Positions 7,637-14,561 of a stretch of DNA of 15,849 nucleotides are shown here, piece after piece. Position numbers and translations under genes: made by a program. Origin of the DNA: a virus. Taxonomy: Duplodnaviria > Heunggongvirae > Uroviricota > Caudoviricetes. The notes under the pieces are model-generated. The model did not search any database. It worked only from the letters and a program-made list of their open reading frames with translations, and had not been told where the DNA came from. Location of the stretch: positions 147,787 to 163,635 of the IMG/VR virus record IMGVR_UViG_3300027819_000007, one strand, 5' to 3'. Each line of letters opens with the position of its first letter. The first letter of the stretch is position 1.

Positions 7637-8677
7637 TTAGTGAACACGAATAGTAAGAGAAGAAACATCTCCCAGCACCCCTCGCAACTTTCTCAGCCCC
7701 GCTTCACTGAAGTCAGAAGGAATAAAATCCACACTTCCTGGAGGAGGCTGATAGGCCAACAGCTTCTCAGGGGAGATAAGTCCAAACCCATAACTACTAT
7801 CCCATCCAGTAGGACCAAGATCCAACGAAGTTTTGTGAAGGTGCTCAATCACTTGCTGGGGAGTACCTACAGGGGAAGCACCCCCGATAGAACGATGCTT
7901 GGCCAGCATCAAGGCAATCACACCCGCAGCGTAAGGACAGGCAAAGGAAGTTCCACTCATTACCGCTTGGTTGTTGGGAGGAATGTCAACCAGGATGTTT
8001 ACTCCCGGAGCCACAATGTCAACTCGTTTACCACGGGAAGAGAACCTTGCAATTGCCTTGGTCTGGTCAATGGCCCCTACACTAACCACCCCCTCTACCT
8101 GTGCGGGATACCCTACCGTGGAGAGATCTGGACCCTCATTCCCTGCGGCACATACACAGATAATGCCAGCAGCCAGGGCTTCCTCTACGGCTTGATTAAT
8201 AGACGCATCAGGGGAAGGAGAACCAAACGACATGGAGATAATGTCAGCCTTCTTCTCCACCAACCAACGAATCCCCGAAGTGATACTACGAGAGCCTCCT
8301 GCTCCCTGTGAGTTCAACACCTTTCCAACAAGAAGACCTCCCTCATTAGCTACCCCCACGATCCCTACCTCGTTATCCCTCGCCGCGATGATAGAGCCAC
8401 AAGCTGTACCATGCCCATTATCGTCCGCAGGTCCGGTAGGGGAACCTGTAAAATCCTTGGCATCAAGAATAGCCCCCTGCAAGTCTCCATGAACCAGGGA
8501 AATACCTGTATCGAGAACTCCAATCTTAATTCCTTTTCCTCTTGTTTCTTTCCACAAAGGAGGGATGTTAAGTAATTTGATTCCCCAATCAATCGACTGT
8601 GACCGTGCTGTAAACACCTGTTCTACAGTAAAGGGGGGAAGTCTAAACACAGGTTCCGTCAATACTTCATCAGCCAT
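7637..8677 (-). CDS. Subtilisin-family (S8) serine protease, intracellular type (346 aa)
   Basis: Catalytic D56 (VLDTG), H89 (DDNGHGT), oxyanion N180 (AAGN) and S244 (SGTSFACP). There is no signal peptide or long prodomain; the short N-extension contains FRLPPF, like the LIPY/F motif of intracellular subtilisins. Confidence 0.95.
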   Translation of the reverse strand: MADEVLTEPVFRLPPFTVEQVFTARSQSIDWGIKLLNIPPLWKETRGKGIKIGVLDTGISLVHGDLQGAILDAKDFTGSPTGPADDNGHGTACGSIIAARDNEVGIVGVANEGGLLVGKVLNSQGAGGSRSITSGIRWLVEKKADIISMSFGSPSPDASINQAVEEALAAGIICVCAAGNEGPDLSTVGYPAQVEGVVSVGAIDQTKAIARFSSRGKRVDIVAPGVNILVDIPPNNQAVMSGTSFACPYAAGVIALMLAKHRSIGGASPVGTPQQVIEHLHKTSLDLGPTGWDSSYGFGLISPEKLLAYQPPPGSVDFIPSDFSEAGLRKLRGVLGDVSSLTIRVH

Positions 8678-8901
8678 TACACTTTCTCCTTCAGAGCTTC
8701 CTTGTAGGTACAGAGTTTACCATCACTCACCCTTCTCCATAAAGCGGGATGTCCTGTCTTCCTGCTGTTGATCTGCCAGCCTCTCTTACGAAGAAGTGTA
8801 TCATTAGGGAAAGGATCAGCCTGACAGCGAAGACACACTCCTCCCCCATAATCTCCCAGAGGAGAGTCACACAGTTTACAGATTTCTTTACTTGATGCCA
8901 T
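8677..8901 (-). CDS. Small Zn-finger-like protein (74 aa)
   Basis: CKLC...CLRC; GAGG RBS; TAATG coupling to the subtilase. Confidence 0.75.
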   Translation of the reverse strand: MASSKEICKLCDSPLGDYGGGVCLRCQADPFPNDTLLRKRGWQINSRKTGHPALWRRVSDGKLCTYKEALKEKV

Positions 8902-8917
8902 ACGAAAATATCCTCAC

Positions 8918-9067
8918 TTATCTTTCGGAGACTTTACATTCCTCTTGATACTCATCAAGAATCCTGACCCATTCCAGGAGGAGGTTACCCCATTCTGCTT
9001 CACACAAGGAACACTCAGGCTGTCCCGTGAAGGTGTGACCACACTCGTAGAAGTCATCACCGTCCAT
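8918..9067 (-). CDS. Small Cys/His protein (49 aa), not in ORF track
   Basis: GGAGG 8 nt upstream; MDGDDFYECGHTFTGQPECSLCEAEWGNLLLEWVRILDEYQEECKVSER. Confidence 0.7.
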   Translation of the reverse strand: MDGDDFYECGHTFTGQPECSLCEAEWGNLLLEWVRILDEYQEECKVSER

Positions 9068-9275
9068 TCAAAATGCCTCCAAAGGAAGGGGATTCATCAG
9101 CAGGAAGCAGTACCGAAGAGACATGAGTATTGGTAGTTTCACGCAACCTTTCTTCCAATCGCTTCAATTCCTGAAGATAGAAGTCTTCCTGATTATCGTG
9201 GTAACAATCCATCGCTTTCTTCCATCCCTGACCCAGAATCTTCAGCCACCCAATCATAATGACCCTTCGCTTCAT
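9057..9275 (-). CDS. Hypothetical protein (72 aa)
   Basis: AGGAG RBS; short coiled-coil-like stretch LQELKRLEERLRE. Confidence 0.65.
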   Translation of the reverse strand: MKRRVIMIGWLKILGQGWKKAMDCYHDNQEDFYLQELKRLEERLRETTNTHVSSVLLPADESPSFGGILNGR

Positions 9276-9308
9276 CTTTCACTCCTCTCAGGAAAGAAGG
9301 AAAAGAAA

Positions 9309-9572
9309 TCACAACCCTCTACGCAATGCTTGAATCTGAGCGTCGGTTTCCATCGACTTCATCTTGAGTTCAGTCCTGCTGCCGATGTACTTCCATACTG
9401 CAAGTCCAGCAGAGAAGAGGCTAGTAACCGCTACCACTGCCCCCAGGATCGCTTGCACCAGATTATCAGCCTCAGCCTTGGGAACCCCGAAAAGAGTCAC
9501 CAGAACCGAAGCTATCAGGGTTAGAATGGTCGCTAAAAATTCTGTCGATTGCCATCCAGGTCGAATTTCCAT
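9309..9572 (-). CDS. Small two-TM membrane protein, holin-like (87 aa)
   Basis: The ATG at 9572 overlaps the upstream TAA, giving MEIRPGWQSTEFLATILTLIASVLVTLFG...AILGAVVAVTSLFSAGLAVWKY with a charged C-tail. The holin call rests on topology and the PGWxSTEF start only. Confidence 0.65.
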   Translation of the reverse strand: MEIRPGWQSTEFLATILTLIASVLVTLFGVPKAEADNLVQAILGAVVAVTSLFSAGLAVWKYIGSRTELKMKSMETDAQIQALRRGL

Positions 9573-9745
9573 TAGAGACACCAACTTTCGTAAAGGAGTT
9601 GTGCAAAGAAAACAAAAATATGCCCCAAAGCAATTCCGAACATGACACCAATTACAATAGCGAGAGCCGCGTAGAAGAGAAAATCCCACTGATTAGGATT
9701 TCGAGAAGGTGTAGAATCTTGAGGTGAAAGATTAAGAAAAAGCAT
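9572..9745 (-). CDS. Small single-TM membrane protein (57 aa), not in ORF track
   Basis: MLFLNLSPQDSTPSRNPNQWDFLFYAALAIVIGVMFGIALGHIFVFFAQLLYESWCL; AAGGA upstream; TAATG coupling downstream. Confidence 0.7.
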   Translation of the reverse strand: MLFLNLSPQDSTPSRNPNQWDFLFYAALAIVIGVMFGIALGHIFVFFAQLLYESWCL

Positions 9746-9757
9746 TACACCGTCCTT

Positions 9758-10609
9758 TTAACTTACATAAAGTTTCTCCAAAGCACGCTTCAATGCCTTC
9801 TTTCCATATTTATCTGCCGACATCTGAGCATAATAACGAAACATTGTCCTTATACGTCCATTGATTCTATCCATCAATTTTTCTCTTATCAAAAACCTCA
9901 CCGAAGGAGGATACCGGGATAGCCTGTCCATTACCTTATCGACAGAACTGACTATATCCTCCTTGCTAGCCATTTCAACTTTACCATCTTCGTTCAAAGA
10001 AATTAGGGGGCTTTCCAAAAAGGACGTGAAAGTATCCATAGCAAATCTAAGCTCATGATCCGCATGAGCTTCTATGGAAGAATCATCAGAATATGATCGA
10101 ATATTACCTACAAGATTGTGTAACGCATTAAATTTACCTTCGTGTCGAGCAGGAGAATTGATGATTTCTTCTACTCTATCAGCAAACCAATCTAAATCTT
10201 CGTCTTTAACTCCCAATTTCGTAAGAAATGGCAACACCTCTTCTGGAGTGTTAGTTATGATATCCGCAAGTTCGGAAGTCATCCCAAGAGGAGAGGTGTC
10301 CTGCTTGGGTTCTACTAAACTTCTAACATAAGACGTAACTTTCTCCCACGATTCACCATCCAGTATCCTTGCAATGATCTCATTGGCCTCTGTAGGATCA
10401 ATTTTATGACCAGACTTCTCTACAAAATATCTTTCTAATTGCTGTAGTCCACCCTCTTCTCTTGCAACGGATGTCACCATCTCATAAGCAGTATTTTCAT
10501 CAATCCCCAAAGTCGCAAGAGAGAAAGCCTTCTTCTCATATTTATAACGAAGAGATTTCACCTTCCGGAAGTTCTTGAAGTGAACTAAATTTCTTATTAA
10601 CTCTGGCAT
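9758..10609 (-). CDS. KSLRYKY-tagged helical protein (283 aa; alternative GTG start at 10624)
   Basis: MPELIRNLVHFKNFRKVKSLRYKYEKKAF..., with degenerate modules LERYFVEKSG and WFADRVEE; GGTGAG 7 nt upstream of the ATG. Confidence 0.8.
   Translation of the reverse strand: MPELIRNLVHFKNFRKVKSLRYKYEKKAFSLATLGIDENTAYEMVTSVAREEGGLQQLERYFVEKSGHKIDPTEANEIIARILDGESWEKVTSYVRSLVEPKQDTSPLGMTSELADIITNTPEEVLPFLTKLGVKDEDLDWFADRVEEIINSPARHEGKFNALHNLVGNIRSYSDDSSIEAHADHELRFAMDTFTSFLESPLISLNEDGKVEMASKEDIVSSVDKVMDRLSRYPPSVRFLIREKLMDRINGRIRTMFRYYAQMSADKYGKKALKRALEKLYVS
10538..10558 (-). repeat. KSLRYKY motif copy 4 (near N-terminus)
   Basis: Coding-strand AAATCTCTTCGTTATAAATAT. Confidence 0.85.
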
Positions 10610-10637
10610 TTCATTTCTCACCACGAAAGGGAAGCCT

Positions 10638-10674
10638 GGTGGGGAAGGGAGTGACAGGGGTTGGGTTCCCCACC
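10638..10674. other. Intergenic inverted repeat overlapping a G-quadruplex-type motif
   Basis: Perfect 9-bp arms GGTGGGGAA (10638-10646) and TTCCCCACC (10666-10674) with a 19-nt loop. The plus strand reads GGGG-AA-GGG-AGTGACA-GGGG-TT-GGG (10641-10665). Confidence 0.6.
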
Positions 10675-10687
10675 GGGTCAGGAAAGA

Positions 10688-10909
10688 TCAGTCAATCATA
10701 CAGGAGTCACCAGAAATGAGAGAATCCACCATCCTGCGAAGAAGACGAATCTCATGACGCTCAGCCTTGGTCATCATCAGATCAGTAATCTCTACCGCCA
10801 GGGTGAGCAATTCCTTCTTCCTTCGATAAGGAATAGGAGGAACCTTCTTTTCCCTTTCGTAGTGGGGTCTTGAATCTGTACCCATCGTGCTTTCACATTC
10901 ATCGTGCAT
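10688..10909 (-). CDS. Hypothetical protein (73 aa)
   Basis: Starts 2 nt after the upstream stop; no family recognised. Confidence 0.6.
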   Translation of the reverse strand: MHDECESTMGTDSRPHYEREKKVPPIPYRRKKELLTLAVEITDLMMTKAERHEIRLLRRMVDSLISGDSCMID

Positions 10910-10911
10910 AC

Positions 10912-11292
10912 TTACTTTCCTTTCTTTCTTGCTTTCTTGGAGTGTTTGGTTCGACCACGTTCCTCAAGCCAGTCAGCATAAACTTGCCAGGTATCCTTAT
11001 TGTCCTCCTCTGTTCCCAGAGCAGTACAGAACTCCCTTTCCACATCACTCAGTCCCAGGATGAAGAGAAGTCTTTCAAACTGTTCCTTGGTAACAGCAGA
11101 TGAAAGAAGTCCACTACCATCTAAATTAATTCCTCCCAAATTAACAGGAGGAATCTGAACAGGTGCGGGGGCCGGGACAGGAGTAGGAAGATAGGGAATG
11201 ACACAATCCTCTGGTCGGTAAGTCCAATCCGGAGTCACCTTGTAGGGTTCATTCCAAGGATGGTTCCACGTATTGTCATACCATTCAGCCAC
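10912..11292 (-). CDS. W/P-rich protein with a C-terminal TIGR02996-like module (126 aa)
   Basis: EREFCTALGTEEDNKDTWQVYADWLEERGR is the closest match in the window to the TIGR02996 pattern. N-terminus is WYDNTWNHPWNEPY...PTPVPAPAPV. Confidence 0.8.
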   Translation of the reverse strand: MAEWYDNTWNHPWNEPYKVTPDWTYRPEDCVIPYLPTPVPAPAPVQIPPVNLGGINLDGSGLLSSAVTKEQFERLLFILGLSDVEREFCTALGTEEDNKDTWQVYADWLEERGRTKHSKKARKKGK

Positions 11293-11320
11293 GATGTACC
11301 CCCTTTGTAGAAAAGACTAA

Positions 11321-11593
11321 TCAACGAAACAGTCCGCGACGAATCACCGTCTTCTGCTTGATAACCACAGGACGTTCCCGTACCACTTCCTTGATTACCA
11401 CATTCTGCTGTCGGATGACAACATCATTACTGAAGAAAACTCTATTGTTGGGAACAAACGCAACAGTAGAAGAAAATCCATTATCTACCCTTACTGCATT
11501 GAAAGAAAAAACATTCACTACAAATCCACTCGCCTGGCAAGGTGCCGAAGAGAGCAAGAACACAGCCACTACTACCAGTATTAGTTTCTTCAT
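11321..11593 (-). CDS. Small secreted Val-rich protein (90 aa)
   Basis: AGGAG RBS at the ATG 11593; signal peptide MKKLILVVVAVFLLSSAPCQA; repeated VVIR/VVIK; ends RRGLFR. Confidence 0.8.
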   Translation of the reverse strand: MKKLILVVVAVFLLSSAPCQASGFVVNVFSFNAVRVDNGFSSTVAFVPNNRVFFSNDVVIRQQNVVIKEVVRERPVVIKQKTVIRRGLFR

Positions 11594-11607
11594 GACAAAA
11601 ATCTCCT

Positions 11608-11712
11608 CTAAGGAAAAAATGTATTCAAAACCCATCCCACGATAAGGGAGATAGTCATTCCAAGAAAGAAGTAGCCGACACAAGATTCCATAAAATAAGC
11701 ATCATCATTCAT
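11608..11712 (-). CDS. Micro membrane protein (34 aa), not in ORF track
   Basis: MNDDAYFMESCVGYFFLGMTISLIVGWVLNTFFP; starts 1 nt after the upstream TAA. Confidence 0.55.
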   Translation of the reverse strand: MNDDAYFMESCVGYFFLGMTISLIVGWVLNTFFP

Positions 11713-11713
11713 T

Positions 11714-12403
11714 TTAGTCATCTTCTCTTACATCCATTCTCGATCTATGCCGTCTCCGTCTTCTCCTATCAGATTCCTGACCCCTAGTCTCCTCCATCTG
11801 TGAGGATGACCAAAACCGTTGCCTCCTCCCACTATCATCAGATGGAATTCTACAACTCGCACAGGTTTGGAATCCTTCCCTCTCATCCTGTTCCGTGAGT
11901 TCACCTTCTTTACAACGCAGACAAAGAGCTTTCTCATACTGCACAAATTTCTTGGAGTATTTAAGCCTCAGAGACTTTACCTTCCACAACCATTGAGCCT
12001 TTCCCCCACCCCCACCACCCCAACGTCTATCCTCTTCCTCATCCCATTGTCTCTGTCTTTCCTTCCTCTGTCTATCTATCTCCTCTTCAGAAGGTTGTTC
12101 TGCTCTTAACCTCTCTTCTTCTGCCACCTTACGTATATTTTCAAGTTTTAACTCATCAGATGTTTTGTCGGGGGTTCTAACGGGATGCTTTTCTTTGTAA
12201 GCATTACTGACATTAATTGCTGCTTGATAAAGTTTTGAATTAGAAGTATCAAAACCAGCATCCCTTAGTAGTTGTTTGGGATCATTACCAGCAAAATCAT
12301 TATCCTCGATATACTACAATGCTTCCTCAATAGCCACTTCCCTTTCCTCAACATCAGGATTGGAACAATTTTGCAACAACGATCTTAGTATAGCGTCAAC
12401 CAT
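11714..12403 (-). pseudogene. 229-codon multi-module gene with one in-frame TAG (pseudogene, error or readthrough)
   Basis: AGGAA RBS then MVDAILRSLLQNCSNPDVEEREVAIEEAL*YIEDND..., continuing in frame into the ORF-track segment 11714-12127: E/R-rich helix, Gly6, KSLRLKY, CLRC/CASC, Arg-rich tail. The TAG is codon 30 (12314-12316). Confidence 0.7.
11957..11977 (-). repeat. KSLRLKY motif copy 5 (internal)
   Basis: Coding-strand AAGTCTCTGAGGCTTAAATAC; context WKVKSLRLKYSKKF. Confidence 0.9.
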
Positions 12404-12416
12404 TATTATTTCCTAT

Positions 12417-12632
12417 TCAAAATACAGGGTAAAGTTCCTGATCATCTTCCGCTTCTATCTTCGCAATAGTACGAGTGAGGTCTTCCAAAAGTTTCTTGGC
12501 CATATGAAGTTTGATATGTCCGGTCACTCCAGTCCCCAGCATCAGCTTGACGGAATTACCATAGGAACGCTCCGCTTTCACAAAATCATCGCAGTCGGTT
12601 CCGTCCAGAAGAATAGAAAGAGAAGTCTTCAT
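12417..12632 (-). CDS. Hypothetical protein (71 aa)
   Basis: ATG at 12632 with AAGGA upstream (MKTSLSILLD...). Confidence 0.65.
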   Translation of the reverse strand: MKTSLSILLDGTDCDDFVKAERSYGNSVKLMLGTGVTGHIKLHMAKKLLEDLTRTIAKIEAEDDQELYPVF

Positions 12633-12643
12633 AGAAAATTTCC

Positions 12644-12991
12644 TTAAATAGTCCTTAACCAACTATTAATCCACTGTACATAAGCAGCGGGAAAAGTCGA
12701 TCTTCTTCTCTCCAACTCATCTTTCATACCAGATTTCAAAAGCATTCCATTTGTTTGAACAGCGTATTCCAAATCTTTCAAAACACAGTCAAGATCAGAT
12801 TTACCATTATGATATACTACATCCTTTCTAGTTTCGTCTACTCTCTCTTTCAACCAATCCCCTAAAATCGGAATATAATCCGTGTCATTCTTATCAAGAA
12901 TGTGTTGCACCATCAACAACAATTCTTCATTGTCCTCTTCCGACAATGTTTTAACACGATACTTCAAGCGGAGGGATTTGATATCTCTCAC
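12644..12991 (-). CDS. KSLRLKY-tagged protein with a TIGR02996-like module (115 aa)
   Basis: MRDIKSLRLKYRVKT...QHILDKNDTDYIPILGDWLKER; GTGA overlap with the upstream gene. Confidence 0.85.
   Translation of the reverse strand: MRDIKSLRLKYRVKTLSEEDNEELLLMVQHILDKNDTDYIPILGDWLKERVDETRKDVVYHNGKSDLDCVLKDLEYAVQTNGMLLKSGMKDELERRRSTFPAAYVQWINSWLRTI
12959..12979 (-). repeat. KSLRLKY motif copy 6 (N-terminal)
   Basis: Coding-strand AAATCCCTCCGCTTGAAGTAT; identical to copy 7. Confidence 0.9.
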
Positions 12992-14034
12992 TTGAACATC
13001 TCCACATGCTGTTTGGAAAGAGGTGGGGACGCCGTTCCATCAGCATTACGAGGCATCCTCAACTTAACATCCTGGGTAGAAAGTCTCTCTCTCACCTTCT
13101 TCTTCTCTTCCTCTTTCATCTGTGGGAAGGAAAAAACATCGAAATTTCCTTTGGGTTTACTCCCTGCATGACAGGAAGAACACTGCAAAGCCGCCACTTG
13201 ATAGAAGTTGACACTAACATCTGGGTTTCCCTGTACTCTAACCGGCTGGTCGGGGAGTGGTTTAACCTCCACCTTACCATCCGGAGTTTGTTCGATCTGG
13301 AAGCGGAATTCTCTCGTTGTGATCTGAGCTTGATTCTCTGCTTTGGACGCTTGCAATACCTTTGCCGCAGCTTCACCCTTGGCGAGTATCTCCGCAACCC
13401 TGGCACTATTGTTTCCCTCCTGCTGGACCAAACCAGCAAAATCGGTAGTAGCCTGACCTGCTAACTGCTGTGCATTCTGAGTGTGTCGAGACGCTTGCTG
13501 AAAAAGAATATTCCTGTCGAAATTTCCATAGGCATCTATAAAAGTAGAAAGAGAATATCCTGTGATTGTTTTACCTTGATACCCTGCAGGAGAGATGGAA
13601 AGTGAATTGTAGCCATAAGGATCGGCTCCGTAGTTCTGGAATCTAAATTGGCCCGCCAACCCTAAAGCCTCCACAGCTTCAAGAAAATACTTTTGTTCAG
13701 AAGCATTAAGCCTCAACTTCCCCTCAATCTTATCTCGGTTCTGGGCAATTTTTAGAAGTTGTGATCTCCAATCAGGATCGGTGTAAGTGACCTGCTTGTT
13801 AATGGGGTAGTAAGAATAGTAATAAGCGTAATAAGCCTTTCCATAAGCATAGTAAGTATAATACTGCTGCTTACGATAGTAGGGACCATAGGTAGTCCCA
13901 CCCTCATCGTAGTAGTAATACCCATCATTTCCTGTATAATAACCATCCCCATTCACACTACTCGCTTGAGCGGGAGACAGTGACATTACCAAGGCCAAGA
14001 TCAATACCATTGTAAGAAACAGAAAACGTCCCAT
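12988..14034 (-). CDS. Secreted protein with a Tyr-rich tract and a C-terminal monoheme c-type cytochrome domain (planctomycete cytochrome C-like)
   Basis: Signal peptide ending PAQA; 21 Tyr in 45 residues (13807-13941); CSSCH at 13168-13182, followed by KGNFDV...RMP...PPL, with the Met of RMP a candidate distal ligand. Confidence 0.85.
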   Translation of the reverse strand: MGRFLFLTMVLILALVMSLSPAQASSVNGDGYYTGNDGYYYYDEGGTTYGPYYRKQQYYTYYAYGKAYYAYYYSYYPINKQVTYTDPDWRSQLLKIAQNRDKIEGKLRLNASEQKYFLEAVEALGLAGQFRFQNYGADPYGYNSLSISPAGYQGKTITGYSLSTFIDAYGNFDRNILFQQASRHTQNAQQLAGQATTDFAGLVQQEGNNSARVAEILAKGEAAAKVLQASKAENQAQITTREFRFQIEQTPDGKVEVKPLPDQPVRVQGNPDVSVNFYQVAALQCSSCHAGSKPKGNFDVFSFPQMKEEEKKKVRERLSTQDVKLRMPRNADGTASPPLSKQHVEMFK

Positions 14035-14176
14035 TGAGAAGCACCCCTATAAGTTCTGATTTTGAAATATTCTTCAAGTAAGTCTGTACTGCTTCGCTGT
14101 TCCACCATTGTCGGTACTCCAGGTTGAATTGATATTCTAGTTCAGATTCACGTCGATGAGTGATTTTATAAGTCAT
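13958..14176 (-). CDS. Hypothetical protein (72 aa)
   Basis: TAA-ATG abutment with the upstream gene; its 3' end overlaps the cytochrome gene by 77 nt. Confidence 0.55.
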   Translation of the reverse strand: MTYKITHRRESELEYQFNLEYRQWWNSEAVQTYLKNISKSELIGVLLNGTFSVSYNGIDLGLGNVTVSRSSE

Positions 14177-14404
14177 TTACAGTAATCCTGAAAAGTCTTC
14201 TTCATACCAGGAAGAAGGAGGCTTTCTCTTCTCCAACACTTCATCCGGAGGAAGTTTAATACTATCAATCTCCTGCTGAATCAAAGCCTCTTCCTTGGCT
14301 CGCTTGATATTCTCCACGATCTCCAAAGTGATATTCTTCTGAAACTCCTCCACGAACTTCTCACAGGCTTGTTTCAACTTGAGTTTGTATTCTTCCTCAG
14401 TCAC
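14177..14404 (-). CDS. Small charged coiled-coil-like protein (75 aa)
   Basis: GTG start 1 nt after the upstream TAA; E/K-rich. Confidence 0.7.
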   Translation of the reverse strand: MTEEEYKLKLKQACEKFVEEFQKNITLEIVENIKRAKEEALIQQEIDSIKLPPDEVLEKRKPPSSWYEEDFSGLL

Positions 14405-14405
14405 G

Positions 14406-14561
14406 TTAGATTCCCCACTTCCAGATATTCCACACCATCACCCCTACTGCCAGCATAAACCCCAGGACACTCAAAAGGAAGACCAAAGCAACCCCTCCCA
14501 GCGTCTCCATCGGAGGCTCCGGGTGGAAAGATTCTTCTGCGTATTTGTCAGACTGGTTCAT
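14406..14561 (-). CDS. Small single-TM membrane protein (51 aa), not in ORF track
   Basis: MNQSDKYAEESFHPEPPMETLGGVALVFLLSVLGFMLAVGVMVWNIWKWGI; ATGA overlap upstream. Confidence 0.7.
   Translation of the reverse strand: MNQSDKYAEESFHPEPPMETLGGVALVFLLSVLGFMLAVGVMVWNIWKWGI

Noticed and set aside
7640-8311. Long plus-strand ORFs (7640-8311, 1764-2420, 891-1415, 13006-13464, 15230-15637 and others)
   Set aside because: They lie antisense to well-supported minus-strand genes, have no motifs or convincing RBS, and have the composition of shadow frames.
9573-9689. ORF-track N-terminal extension of 9309-9689 containing CNWC...CFLC, an apparent Zn finger fused to a holin
   Set aside because: This interval is better explained by the 57-aa TM gene 9572-9745 in another frame, which has an RBS and TAATG coupling.
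11995-12022. G-rich run on the coding strand as an RNA G-quadruplex
   Set aside because: It is explained by six Gly codons, and only three long G-runs are present.
612-13960. Genome-wide stop codon reassignment (TAG to Gln, or TGA to Trp/Gly)
   Set aside because: There is only one internal TAG and one internal TGA in ~15 kb of coding sequence. TGA ends many genes in ATGA/GTGA overlaps. TAG ends genes at 612, 2539, 5195, 5484, 11608 and 13958, and readthrough at 612 and 13958 would run deep into neighbouring genes. Readthrough at 11608 would give a neat ATGA overlap, but one case is not enough.
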